Shown here one piece after another: positions 18,673-27,968 of a stretch of DNA of 64,000 nucleotides; the stretch's first letter is position 1; every line of letters starts with the position of its first letter. Source of the stretch: a virus (Duplodnaviria; Heunggongvirae; Uroviricota; Caudoviricetes); the IMG/VR virus record IMGVR_UViG_3300028888_000051, positions 163,384 through 227,383 of that record; one strand, 5' to 3'. The notes beneath the pieces were generated by a model. The model did not search any database and was not told the origin of the DNA. It saw nothing but the letters and a program-made list of their open reading frames with translations. The position numbers were made by a program, and so were the translations under genes.

Positions 18673-19386
18673 ATGACAAAAGAAGAATTTTTACGTCTTT
18701 TAAGTGAATCTGAAGTTAAAAATGCTGAAGATACGCTTTCTAATATTGAAACAAAAGAAGTTAAAGATGTTGAGCCTGCTGAAGGTATTAAAGGTTTAGA
18801 TTCTGAATTACCTACACAGAAAGATATCGAAAAAGAAGTAGCAAAAGATGAGGGTCCGGTTGTTCCAGCTGATAAAGATGGTGTTTCTAAAAACGGTGGT
18901 GAATGTGACTGTTTAGAAGCTGGTAAAATTGAAGCAGAACGCAAAAAAGAAGATAATAGCATGAAAGATGTTATTAACGTTTCTAGTCGTAAAGTTGAAG
19001 AAAATAGTGAAGTAAGTAATGAATTGTTAGCTCAACTGAAAGAAGCTGCTGCTCGTGAAGAAGCTATGAAAAATCAAATTACTGAAATGAAAAAACTTTG
19101 TGAAGAAGCTTTATTAGCTCAAGAAGCAGACTTAGTAAAGACTCACGCAAAAGAAATGAAAAAAGTATTTGAAGCAGTAATTGCTGAAGGCGAAAAATTT
19201 GAAAAAACTTTAACTGAATCTTCTGCTAAAAATGAAAAATTATATAAGAAAGCTCAAAAGATGTATGAAAGCTCTGCAAAATTAAATAAAATTTTGTTAG
19301 AAGCAGTAAAGAAATCTCAACCTGAACAAAAAATGGTTCGTTATCAATCTGCTACTGCAAGAGCTATGGCTTCTTTGCGTAAGTAA
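18673..19386 (+). CDS. prohead scaffold-like protein (gp22-like, 237 aa)
   Basis: Highly charged Glu/Lys/Ala-rich predicted coiled coil directly after the prohead protease gene. Confidence 0.55.
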   Translation: MTKEEFLRLLSESEVKNAEDTLSNIETKEVKDVEPAEGIKGLDSELPTQKDIEKEVAKDEGPVVPADKDGVSKNGGECDCLEAGKIEAERKKEDNSMKDVINVSSRKVEENSEVSNELLAQLKEAAAREEAMKNQITEMKKLCEEALLAQEADLVKTHAKEMKKVFEAVIAEGEKFEKTLTESSAKNEKLYKKAQKMYESSAKLNKILLEAVKKSQPEQKMVRYQSATARAMASLRK

Positions 19387-19416
19387 TATATTAAATATAT
19401 TGCATTTTATTTTCTT

Positions 19417-19450
19417 AAAAAAGGATCGGTTATTTTATCGATCCTTTTTT
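19417..19450 (+). terminator. rho-independent terminator
   Basis: Stem AAAAAAGGATCG/CGATCCTTTTTT with a 10-nt loop; T-run. Confidence 0.75.
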
Positions 19451-19472
19451 AAACTAATTTAAGGTATAATGT

Positions 19473-20246
19473 ATGTTTATAAAAATAATTAAATTCATGT
19501 TTAGTTGGTTTAATAAAAAAGAAAAGATCGAAGAATCAAAACCTGTTGAAGTACAAGAAAAACAGGAATCAAAACCAATTACAGTATCAATTGAAAAAGA
19601 AAATGAAAAAATTAAATTAACATGGTTATTTTTACGTGAAACATTATATAAAGTTAATAATAATCTTAATAAGAATGATTGTGATTATTATTATGAAGCT
19701 TTAAATAAAATACTTCCTCAATATGAAATTAATACTAAACTCAGAGTTTGTCATTTTTTGGCACAAATTTTACATGAAAGTGGGCATTTAAAATATAAAT
19801 CTGAAAATTTAAATTATTCTGCGAAAGCTTTACGTTCTGTTTTTGGCAAATATTTTAAAACAGATGAAATCGCAAAAGCATATGAAAGAAAGCCAGAAAA
19901 AATTGCTAATAGAGTATATGCTAATCGCATGGGTAATCGTAATGAAGCGAGTGGTGATGGGTATAAATTTCGTGGGCGTGGACTTATTCAACTCACTGGA
20001 GCTAACAATTATAAGATTTGTGGACAAGATTTAGGTTTAGACTTAGTAAAAAATCCAGATTTAATTATATCTGATCCAGAAATTTGTGTAAAAACAGCTT
20101 GTTGGTTCTGGAATAAGAACAAATTAAATGAATTAGCAGATAAAGATGATATAAATGCTATAACAAAATGTATTAATGGTGGCTTAAATGGAATCGATGA
20201 TCGCCGTAAAATATTAAATTTAGCTAAAGATAAAATAAATATATAA
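19473..20246 (+). CDS. endolysin, glycoside hydrolase family 19 (chitinase-like lysozyme)
   Basis: FLAQILHESGHLKYKSENLNYS and YKFRGRGLIQLTGANNY are GH19/COG3179-type signatures. About 60-aa Lys/Glu-rich N-terminal extension. Confidence 0.8.
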   Translation: MFIKIIKFMFSWFNKKEKIEESKPVEVQEKQESKPITVSIEKENEKIKLTWLFLRETLYKVNNNLNKNDCDYYYEALNKILPQYEINTKLRVCHFLAQILHESGHLKYKSENLNYSAKALRSVFGKYFKTDEIAKAYERKPEKIANRVYANRMGNRNEASGDGYKFRGRGLIQLTGANNYKICGQDLGLDLVKNPDLIISDPEICVKTACWFWNKNKLNELADKDDINAITKCINGGLNGIDDRRKILNLAKDKINI

Positions 20247-20249
20247 AAA

Positions 20250-20294
20250 TGGAAAAATTTTGAGCTATTTTTTTAAAATATATAAATTCTAATA
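20250..20294 (+). promoter_or_regulatory. bipartite TGGAAAAA-N31-TTCTAAT element
   Basis: Same 37-nt offset as at 5117/5154 and 8102/8139. Confidence 0.35.
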
Positions 20295-20336
20295 TAGAGA
20301 AATAGTTTATGTATAATAAAGGAAATAATTATAACT

Positions 20337-20813
20337 ATGGCGAATAGATTTATACCAGATGATTATGATCATAATTTAGAAAACGAACTATTTGATGAAG
20401 AATGGTACACTAAAGTTTCTAATGCTATAAATTATACTTTTGACATATTAGAAAATAATAATAAAAGAATTGTTATCAATAAAGAAACTATTGCAAAAGC
20501 TATTATTGATTATAATATAGAAAAAAAACTCAGTGAAAATATTGATAATTTACCAATTCCTACTTTATTAGATTGGTCTAAAGCAAATAGTGTACAAATA
20601 TTTGATGAATTTGCTTCTATAGTATGTCTTTGTAATAAAAATGATAAATTTAAAAGACATGTTGTTAAAATAATATGTAATAATAATAAATCAGCTATCG
20701 AACAATTTAAATTTTGGGAAAAAGTTAATAATGAAGAAAAAAATAATACAATAATTTTAGATAAAATTCAAAAAAATAATACAATAATTTGTATTATCAA
20801 AAGAAGGACTTAA
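20337..20813 (+). CDS. hypothetical protein (158 aa)
   Basis: ORF downstream of the bipartite element. Confidence 0.5.
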   Translation: MANRFIPDDYDHNLENELFDEEWYTKVSNAINYTFDILENNNKRIVINKETIAKAIIDYNIEKKLSENIDNLPIPTLLDWSKANSVQIFDEFASIVCLCNKNDKFKRHVVKIICNNNKSAIEQFKFWEKVNNEEKNNTIILDKIQKNNTIICIIKRRT

Positions 20814-20818
20814 ATTTT

Positions 20819-21715
20819 ATGTCAAATGAATTAGTATTAAATTCAGAATGGACGCCTTTTTTAATAGAAAACAGAGCTTCTATTACATTTGATAAATTTT
20901 TAGATTTAATTAAACAATTAGATAACAATAGTTCACCAAATTTATGGACAAAATGGAAAAATTATGCTAATCAAGTAGTTATAGAAACACCAAATTACTA
21001 TTTTAAGTTATATGAAGATGATTATTTATGTGGTTCATTTTGGTCATTAATTCGCTCTACTTTAGGAGAGATATATACAAAATATTTTAATATTTTGTGG
21101 GATGTTAATATTATAAAGCAAAATAGTAAAATATATACACTCGAAAGACGTCAAAAATTAAATGTATGTATACCGAATTCAATTTTATATACTGATTTAC
21201 TTCTTAATTGGTCAAATACACTTAAAAAACTAGAAAATGAACTTTTATTATCAGAAATATGTCAACAACTTAAACCATATATTCCAGAATTAGCAGAACT
21301 TAAGTTGATACGTAATTGTATAAATAAATATGCAGATTATGCTATTACTGAAGATAATAATATTGTACTTTTAGATGATTCCGATTGGTTTATAGCTATG
21401 GTTGATAAAAACGGTAAATGGTTAAATTCAAAATTTAAAGGTTATAATATAATTTCTAGTTTAGGAGAAACAATTTTTGCTCCAGAGGGTTATTTTGATA
21501 AAGGAAATATAACTAAACATGAAGAATTTACAAATAAATGGCAAATTTATATGGAAAATATTAAAACTACAGAAATAGAAGGAATTTTATTTGATCAACG
21601 TGAACAAATGCTCAAAGATAATATATCTTTGATATTTAATCAAAAACTTTTGCCTAATCAAAATATAAAATCTTTTGATTCAGTAGGTGATTTACTTAAA
21701 ATTGGTTTTGAATAA
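20819..21715 (+). CDS. hypothetical protein (298 aa from the internal ATG)
   Basis: Track ORF starts at 20789 inside the upstream gene. ATG at 20819 (MSNELVL) follows the upstream stop and is the more likely start. The 3' end overlaps the convergent rSAM gene by 20 nt. Confidence 0.5.
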   Translation: MSNELVLNSEWTPFLIENRASITFDKFLDLIKQLDNNSSPNLWTKWKNYANQVVIETPNYYFKLYEDDYLCGSFWSLIRSTLGEIYTKYFNILWDVNIIKQNSKIYTLERRQKLNVCIPNSILYTDLLLNWSNTLKKLENELLLSEICQQLKPYIPELAELKLIRNCINKYADYAITEDNNIVLLDDSDWFIAMVDKNGKWLNSKFKGYNIISSLGETIFAPEGYFDKGNITKHEEFTNKWQIYMENIKTTEIEGILFDQREQMLKDNISLIFNQKLLPNQNIKSFDSVGDLLKIGFE

Positions 21716-22742
21716 ATTCTCTATCACAGATAACACATTCATCAGAATCTATATAGGCGCAATAATTTAGTTGATGTCCACATTTAGCTGTAAGAAATTC
21801 TAAGCAATTACCTTCTTTTTCATTTAATTCATTTCGTGTATGTTTATTTCTATGATTTAATTGCATACGATGATTATCATCTGATTCATTGAAATTTCTA
21901 TACAAATCATCTGCACGATAAATTATATTAAAAAGTTTATCATATAAACCTGGGCAATCTTCTTTAAATTTAATTAAAAATTTTAAAAAATCTTCTCTTT
22001 TTGGAAAAAAACCCGGTAATCTTTTTTCCATTAATTGTTTAGCTTCCATGTATTGTTCAATTTTTGATAAGTTTTCATGAATAGGTTTAATTCCACCTGG
22101 AGAAGGTTGTTTAAAAAACATAGAAGTATGATATTTATTCATAAAATCATTAAAAGAAAATTCACCATTCAGATATTTGGTAATTATATCTTGAGTTAAA
22201 ATGGTACAAGTGTTAAAATTTAATGTTGGATATTTTTCATGTAAATTTAACATGTTATTTGACCAATTTTCTTGCATTTTTGGTAAATGAAAACGACCGA
22301 TCGTATCATAAGATGTAACAAGCCATACTTGATTTATTAATTCTGGTTTTCCGGCTTGAATATACATTTTTTTCATAATATCCAAAGAAGTATATAAATC
22401 TTTTTGTGAACCTATTGTAAGGGTACACATAATCCATACTTCACGTATTTTACCTGAAATTTGTAATTCTGCAGTTTTTTGCATAAGATTAAAAAATTTA
22501 TTTTTGACTTCATCTACATCAAGTTGACCTTGAAAAAATTCTCCACCTATATAAGATACTGTGTTATATGGAATCATTTTTTTGTTATCAGATAAAAAAT
22601 TATAAGCATCATCAAGTGCCTTAATTTTTAATTCTGTTGGTGTAAAGCTATTACTGTTTGCATTATAACAAAATACACATTTTTGATTACATTGATGCCA
22701 TAATTCAAACTGTAAACTCTTTTTTTCATTTATATCCATCAT
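21696..22742 (-). CDS. radical SAM enzyme, paralogue D (348 aa)
   Basis: CNQKCVFC (CxxxCxxC) at residues 18-25; YIGGEFF; C-terminal CGHQLNYCAYIDSDECVICD. Confidence 0.8.
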   Translation of the reverse strand: MMDINEKKSLQFELWHQCNQKCVFCYNANSNSFTPTELKIKALDDAYNFLSDNKKMIPYNTVSYIGGEFFQGQLDVDEVKNKFFNLMQKTAELQISGKIREVWIMCTLTIGSQKDLYTSLDIMKKMYIQAGKPELINQVWLVTSYDTIGRFHLPKMQENWSNNMLNLHEKYPTLNFNTCTILTQDIITKYLNGEFSFNDFMNKYHTSMFFKQPSPGGIKPIHENLSKIEQYMEAKQLMEKRLPGFFPKREDFLKFLIKFKEDCPGLYDKLFNIIYRADDLYRNFNESDDNHRMQLNHRNKHTRNELNEKEGNCLEFLTAKCGHQLNYCAYIDSDECVICDREFIQNQF

Positions 22743-23659
22743 TAGTCTCCTATCATTTCTAAAAAGTTTTCAACATCACTTCTTGGATGTATGTTAGAAT
22801 CAAAATATCCATAATTGTTTTCATCACAATAGGTATTCTTTTTATTTTCTGAATTATGTCTATCATTCATAATATAAAAATCTTTATCGTCAAATGAAGA
22901 ATAACATGTATCACTATGATTTACAATATTTATAAAATTTTCTAAATCATCTTTTGTAAACATTTTTGTTTCATAAGTATATTGTAAAAATTTAAGAAAG
23001 GTTTCTCTTCTCGGAAAAAAATTAGATAAAATTTTATTTTCGAAATCTTCAACATTTTTACATAGATGACCATAACCAGTCATTGGTAGCATATAATTTG
23101 TAAAGCAATTATAATTTTCATTGAATTCTTTTAAATTTAAACGATTAGACAACACTGCTTCTAACATAGCTTGAGTAACAATCATTTCAACATGAAGTTT
23201 TAAATTTGGATAATTTTTATGTAAAAATAACATATTATTTTGCCAATTTTTTAAAGTGTTATTATTAAATCTACCAATTATATCCCAAGAAGTACAAATC
23301 ATAAATTGATTCTGAAAGTTCTTTATATATTCACAAAATTCTAATAATTCAGAATTATCATCAAACATTAAAGCTGTTGTAATAAGACAGCGTTTAGCTA
23401 TTCCCATTTTAATTTTATTTATAAAACAGTCTATAATTTTATAAAAGTATTTTTTAACTTCAGCTGTATCTATTTCACCATTAAAAAATTCTCCACCGAT
23501 TATACCAAAATCAGAATATTTATCAGCTTCTTTTGTATTAAGAATATCTAAAACTTTTTTCATACATTTAACTTTATCTCTATGTCTAGGTATACCGTTA
23601 TTATAGCAAAATTTACATCCAAATGAACATTGTTTCCATAATTCAAATTGTAAAAACAT
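22742..23659 (-). CDS. radical SAM enzyme, paralogue C (305 aa), C-terminal Cys module degenerate
   Basis: CSFGCKFC; IIGGEFF; C-terminus YCDENNYGYFDSN lacks the EC..CD part. Confidence 0.8.
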   Translation of the reverse strand: MFLQFELWKQCSFGCKFCYNNGIPRHRDKVKCMKKVLDILNTKEADKYSDFGIIGGEFFNGEIDTAEVKKYFYKIIDCFINKIKMGIAKRCLITTALMFDDNSELLEFCEYIKNFQNQFMICTSWDIIGRFNNNTLKNWQNNMLFLHKNYPNLKLHVEMIVTQAMLEAVLSNRLNLKEFNENYNCFTNYMLPMTGYGHLCKNVEDFENKILSNFFPRRETFLKFLQYTYETKMFTKDDLENFINIVNHSDTCYSSFDDKDFYIMNDRHNSENKKNTYCDENNYGYFDSNIHPRSDVENFLEMIGD

Positions 23660-23660
23660 A

Positions 23661-24584
23661 TTACTCTCCTAGTATAAGTAAATCACAAAGCATACATTCA
23701 TCTGAATCTGCATAACATCTATATAATTCACTATGACCACATTCGGTAATATTTTCTTTACCATCAGATAAAATTGGTTGTTGAGTTATATCATTATTTT
23801 TATTACGTAAACCAGTATATTTATAAATCGCCGAAGCGTTAGTTGAACTATACATATTAGTATATATCTGTGGAAAGTTTTCTTTCAAATATATACAAAA
23901 ATTAAGAAAATCTTCACGTTTGAAGAAAAAGTCATTTAATTTAAAACCAGAATGTATTGGATGAGGATATAAAAAACAAAAATTACATCCTTTTAGTTCT
24001 TCTTCTAAAAAATATTTAAAATCAAATTTGTTAGACATAATATCATCAATAAGATATTGAGTTAAAATCATTTGAACTCCAACTGCATAATTATATCTAT
24101 CTCTAAATTTTTTGATATTTTCTAAAGCTAATAATCTTTTTTCTTCTGAAGGATATCTATATTTTATATCATAAGAAAAATTTACATCTATAAATCGCAT
24201 GTCTCCTGTTTTTTCTTTGATTCTGTCTATAACACGAAATAAAAATGCTGGATCATACATTCCATTAGTTACAGTTGAATAGCGACATCTATAAGAAGTA
24301 CTAACTAATAATATTTTATTTATGATGTCATCTATTAAAAGCATAAATTCATCTTGTATATCTTTATCGGTTATAAAATACAATTCACCACCTAAAAGAG
24401 ATATACCATCAGCAAATTTATCTTTCCAATCAATATAATCCAAATTTTTTCTTATTTTATGTATTTCTTCAATAAGTCTAGATTTATCCCAAACTTCACG
24501 ATTTTTTCGTAAACAGAATTTACAGTTATTGTTACAATTTGGCCAAAGTGAATATTGATTCATATAATGTTTAATTTCTAACAT
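23661..24584 (-). CDS. radical SAM enzyme, paralogue B (307 aa)
   Basis: CNNNCKFC; LLGGELY; C-terminal CGHSELYRCYADSDECMLCD. Confidence 0.8.
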   Translation of the reverse strand: MLEIKHYMNQYSLWPNCNNNCKFCLRKNREVWDKSRLIEEIHKIRKNLDYIDWKDKFADGISLLGGELYFITDKDIQDEFMLLIDDIINKILLVSTSYRCRYSTVTNGMYDPAFLFRVIDRIKEKTGDMRFIDVNFSYDIKYRYPSEEKRLLALENIKKFRDRYNYAVGVQMILTQYLIDDIMSNKFDFKYFLEEELKGCNFCFLYPHPIHSGFKLNDFFFKREDFLNFCIYLKENFPQIYTNMYSSTNASAIYKYTGLRNKNNDITQQPILSDGKENITECGHSELYRCYADSDECMLCDLLILGE

Positions 24585-25451
24585 TTACATTTTCTCCATT
24601 ATTTCTTTTAGCACTTTACAATCACAAACAAAACATTCATTTGAATCAGAATAACATTTTTTAAAATTTTCTGAATGACCACATTTACTTTTATTTGATG
24701 AGATATCAACTAGTTTTCCATTTTCAGATTTTTGTAAAATAATATTTTGATTTAAAAGAAAATTATTACAATATTCTGTACCATAACCTGGAAGTTGTTC
24801 ATTAAGTTTTAGAATAGTTTTAAAAACAGTTTCTCTTGTTGGAGCTTTTATGTCTTTTCCAAATTTTATATAGGGTATTGTATTTACTTTAACGTTATAG
24901 TTATTTTCATACTCAGCTATGTTAAATTTTTCAGATAATACATCATTACAAAAACTTCTGGTTAAAATAATATTGACATATATAAGTAACTCAGGAAATA
25001 AATTTCTAATTTCAGTGAGATTAAAATAAAATTGTTTCATAGAAAAAGAATTAGAAAATCTTCCATCTCCATCACCAGAAGTAGTAAAATGTATTCTATT
25101 TTCTAATTTATAATCTTTTATCATATTTAATATTGGTAAAAGAAGTTCATGAATATCATATAAAATATTTGTATTAATATAACATAATTCAATTTCATTT
25201 TTTAACATTTTTTCACAAGTTAATTTGAATAATTTAAATAATTGTGAATTTATTATTGTATTTTTTTCTGCAAATATTTCACCACCAACGAATAGTATAT
25301 GTGTATCAGTTAAGTCTTTTACTGCATTATATATTAATTTTATCGATTCAAGTTGTTCTTCATGAGTTTGTTGTTTTTCTCTTTTTTGCCAGCAAAATTT
25401 ACAATTATTTGGACAATTATTCCAAAGAATGAATTCATGTATAGGTAACAT
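24585..25451 (-). CDS. radical SAM enzyme, paralogue A (288 aa)
   Basis: CPNNCKFC; FVGGEIF; C-terminal CGHSENFKKCYSDSNECFVCDC; first gene of the four-gene operon. Confidence 0.8.
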   Translation of the reverse strand: MLPIHEFILWNNCPNNCKFCWQKREKQQTHEEQLESIKLIYNAVKDLTDTHILFVGGEIFAEKNTIINSQLFKLFKLTCEKMLKNEIELCYINTNILYDIHELLLPILNMIKDYKLENRIHFTTSGDGDGRFSNSFSMKQFYFNLTEIRNLFPELLIYVNIILTRSFCNDVLSEKFNIAEYENNYNVKVNTIPYIKFGKDIKAPTRETVFKTILKLNEQLPGYGTEYCNNFLLNQNIILQKSENGKLVDISSNKSKCGHSENFKKCYSDSNECFVCDCKVLKEIMEKM

Positions 25452-25474
25452 TTTAACTCCTCTTTAATTTATAT

Positions 25475-25500
25475 TTTAGAACTGAAATGAGTTCTATATA
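25475..25500. promoter_or_regulatory. divergent pair of GTTCTA boxes (TTTTAGAAC ... GAGTTCTATATA)
   Basis: The minus-strand copy faces the rSAM operon (start 25451). The plus-strand copy lies about 30 nt before ATG 25526. Confidence 0.45.
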
Positions 25501-25525
25501 TCATATAAAAAATAAAGGAGAAGTT

Positions 25526-26029
25526 ATGGAAAATATTAAACAATTAACTAAAGATGAAAAAATAGAAAAATTACGTGCTTATATGAAAGGTGAAATTTTA
25601 GATAATGATTTAGCCTTTAATGTATTTTTATTATTGTGTCCACCAAAAAATTTTGGTCAAGATTTTTTTGAACATGAAAAAGTAATGTATTCATCTATTA
25701 TTGAAATATGCTCTATAACAGGTTTATTAAAACAAGATATGATTGATTTTTGTAGTCAATTATTAGGTATATATGAAGCTTGTTTTAGATATTGTGTACC
25801 AATTAAAACAGAAAAACAAGAAACTAATGTACCAGAACAATATTTAAAAATTTTTGCATTATTAGATTTTCAAAGAATAGCCAAATTGTATGAAAAATAT
25901 GAGGCAGCTAATATAAATTGTAAGTATGGAGATGCTTATAAAGTAATTTATCCGTTTATGAGACAGTTTAATTTCTATGAAGATTTAATGTGTGAAAACG
26001 GATTTGAATTTGGAGATAATTGTGACTAA
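25526..26029 (+). CDS. hypothetical protein (167 aa from the revised start)
   Basis: Track start 25487 lies inside the promoter-like box. ATG 25526 (MENIKQL) has an AAAGGAG RBS at the right distance. Confidence 0.55.
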   Translation: MENIKQLTKDEKIEKLRAYMKGEILDNDLAFNVFLLLCPPKNFGQDFFEHEKVMYSSIIEICSITGLLKQDMIDFCSQLLGIYEACFRYCVPIKTEKQETNVPEQYLKIFALLDFQRIAKLYEKYEAANINCKYGDAYKVIYPFMRQFNFYEDLMCENGFEFGDNCD

Positions 26030-26816
26030 TAGTACAACAAATATTGATTCTAATGAAAAAATAACTTATGCTGTATTAACAACAAAATTTTTAGAATGGT
26101 TAAAAGCAAGTTGTAAAAATATAGGTACAGCATATGCATCAGATGTACCAGATGCAATGAAAAGTACAACATATCATAAAGATTATACCGGTACTATATC
26201 TGTTCCAGCTGATTGTAAGCCAAAATCAGCAAGTAGAAACACAAATTATAAAATGAGTATGAATATAAATAATACTTCATTACCAAATAGTTTTCCATTA
26301 GTTACTATCTCTGATATTGAAACAGATTTCAATAATTTTATGCAAGCTAGAGGTATATATACTAAATCAGATACTCCAGTTATAGCAACTGGTTTATTGG
26401 CTTTTTGGAATAATGTTGCATCATTTTGTTCAGCACGTATATATAATGTAGCTGGATTAAATGCTACAAAGGCATTACGTATGTATAAAAAATTAGGAAA
26501 AACAGTAGCTGAAATACAAGCTGCAGATAGTGGAAATAATCCATATTATAAAAAAGTTTCTACTATGACTCAAGGGTTTGTTCCAAATTCTTCACAAGGT
26601 AATTGTTTTAATAAAAATGATGTTACAAAATTATTAGATGAATTAGAAACAATTATTGGAGAGACAAATAGATTATATACTGTCACGTATGTTTTTTCAA
26701 ATAGTTTATGGTCATCATCTTGCTGTTCAAGTTCTTGTTCTTCTAGTTCATCATCTAGCTCAAGTAGTAGTTCATCATCTAGTTCAATGTTTATAGGATA
26801 TATGAAATTATATTAA
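26022..26816 (+). CDS. hypothetical protein with Ser/Cys-rich C-terminal tail; paralogue of 27969..28670
   Basis: GTG at 26022 follows GGAGA and aligns its N-terminus with the paralogue. Shared blocks IETDFNNF and GLLAFWNNV. Tail WSSSCCSSSCS(16)MFIGYMKLY. Confidence 0.6.
   Translation: MTNSTTNIDSNEKITYAVLTTKFLEWLKASCKNIGTAYASDVPDAMKSTTYHKDYTGTISVPADCKPKSASRNTNYKMSMNINNTSLPNSFPLVTISDIETDFNNFMQARGIYTKSDTPVIATGLLAFWNNVASFCSARIYNVAGLNATKALRMYKKLGKTVAEIQAADSGNNPYYKKVSTMTQGFVPNSSQGNCFNKNDVTKLLDELETIIGETNRLYTVTYVFSNSLWSSSCCSSSCSSSSSSSSSSSSSSSSMFIGYMKLY
26744..26781 (+). repeat. two 15-nt direct repeats (TAGTTCATCATCTAG) within the poly-Ser coding tract
   Basis: Copies at about 26744-26758 and 26767-26781, read directly. 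Confidence 0.6.
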
Positions 26817-26879
26817 AAATATTCTTTAATTGCTATATATAAATTAAGTTCAATAATATAAATCATTGGAGTTTATATT

Positions 26880-27920
26880 ATGAAAGACAAAAATTTAATA
26901 ATTAAAGAATGGTTTGATATAGATGGTTTTTCAGTTAATGAATTACAAATATTAAAAGCTCATCGTCCAGAAGTAATAAAAAATTATAATATCGATTTAG
27001 AAAAATCAATGATAGATAGATTTTCTAAATTATTACCTTATAGTCATATAAATTATGGCACACATGAAATTTCTTTTTTTGAACATGCTACAGATATAAT
27101 AAATTGTTTATTTTCACAAAAAGTTGATGATAATACTTTAGTTATTGTATCTAATAATGAGCATGAAAATGTAATAAAAAATTATACACAATGCAAGAAT
27201 ATTTATGTTTTAGATTTTGATACTGAAATAATACCATGTAAATTAGATAATTTATATGCAGAATGCAGTAAATATAGAAAAGTATTTGTATATATAATAG
27301 GCACACAAGTTTCAAATGGAATAATTACACCACAATTATTTTTTGAAACATTAAAAACTTGGCTAGTATCAAATCAAAAAGAGCATGTAATGATAATTGA
27401 TGATGTGCATGGCTTATTTATAGTACCTAGAGATTATACTATATTTGATTACATCATTTATACATGTCATGCTTTAATTACACAATTTGATATGGGAATT
27501 TTAATTGCAAAGAGACCTTCTGAATTAGTAGGATATCATTATTTAAATTGGGGAATGGCTTATTTAGATGCTATAGAAATAATATTTAATCATTTAATAA
27601 AATTTTATAATTTCAAAAATATAATGTGCCAATATTTTGAAGAAGAAATTGCTGAAAAAAAGTTGACATTAAATTCTAATACAGCTCCACATATTTTTGC
27701 ACCAGAAATTCATAGACTTAGATTAAATAAAAATGATTTTGATGAGATATTTTATGAATTAAAAAAGTATGATATGCGTATTGAGGGAGGATTTGATGAA
27801 AATGGTAAATGTAATTCTAGATTATATCTTCGAATAAGAGAAGGGCAATACTTTACACATCCAGAAAGATTAATTCCAGGTTTAGAAATAGCTAAGTCAA
27901 TTTTTAGTACAATAGAATAA
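26880..27920 (+). CDS. class-V aminotransferase / cysteine-desulfurase-like fold protein, canonical PLP lysine apparently absent
   Basis: Ordered by-eye matches to NifS/IscS-type blocks: HRPEV, SNNEHENV, GTQVSNGIITP, IIDDVHG, YTCHA...GILIAKR (HA where HK is expected). Confidence 0.35.
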   Translation: MKDKNLIIKEWFDIDGFSVNELQILKAHRPEVIKNYNIDLEKSMIDRFSKLLPYSHINYGTHEISFFEHATDIINCLFSQKVDDNTLVIVSNNEHENVIKNYTQCKNIYVLDFDTEIIPCKLDNLYAECSKYRKVFVYIIGTQVSNGIITPQLFFETLKTWLVSNQKEHVMIIDDVHGLFIVPRDYTIFDYIIYTCHALITQFDMGILIAKRPSELVGYHYLNWGMAYLDAIEIIFNHLIKFYNFKNIMCQYFEEEIAEKKLTLNSNTAPHIFAPEIHRLRLNKNDFDEIFYELKKYDMRIEGGFDENGKCNSRLYLRIREGQYFTHPERLIPGLEIAKSIFSTIE

Positions 27921-27933
27921 AGTTCTAAATTTA
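27921..27933 (+). promoter_or_regulatory. AGTTCTAAATTTA box upstream of 27969..28670
   Basis: Starts right after the upstream stop codon, about 40 nt before the ATG. Confidence 0.4.
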
Positions 27934-27968
27934 TATTAATATAAACAAATAATTTTAATGGTAATATT

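Noticed and set aside
21696-25451. Assigning the four rSAM paralogues to QueE (7-carboxy-7-deazaguanine synthase) to complete a deazaguanine pathway with the QueC-like gene
   Set aside because: Their N-terminal context (LW..C...C.FC), their length and their C-terminal CGH..C..DS.EC..CD module do not resemble QueE as I recall it. The genes are also 18 kb from the QueC-like gene. This is kept only as a possibility to test.
25487-25525. Track start codon at 25487 for the ORF ending at 26029
   Set aside because: The first 13 codons overlap the GTTCTATATA box and lack an RBS. ATG 25526 is preceded by AAAGGAG at the ideal distance.
25992-26021. Track start at 25992 for the Ser/Cys-tailed protein
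   Set aside because: It overlaps the upstream gene by 38 nt. GTG 26022 follows GGAGA and makes the N-terminus collinear with the paralogue 27969..28670.
26709-26790. The poly-Ser tract as an assembly artefact or non-coding low-complexity DNA
   Set aside because: The reading frame is maintained through mixed Ser codons and continues into a defined hydrophobic C-terminus. The paralogue also has a low-complexity (Thr-rich) tail at the same place.
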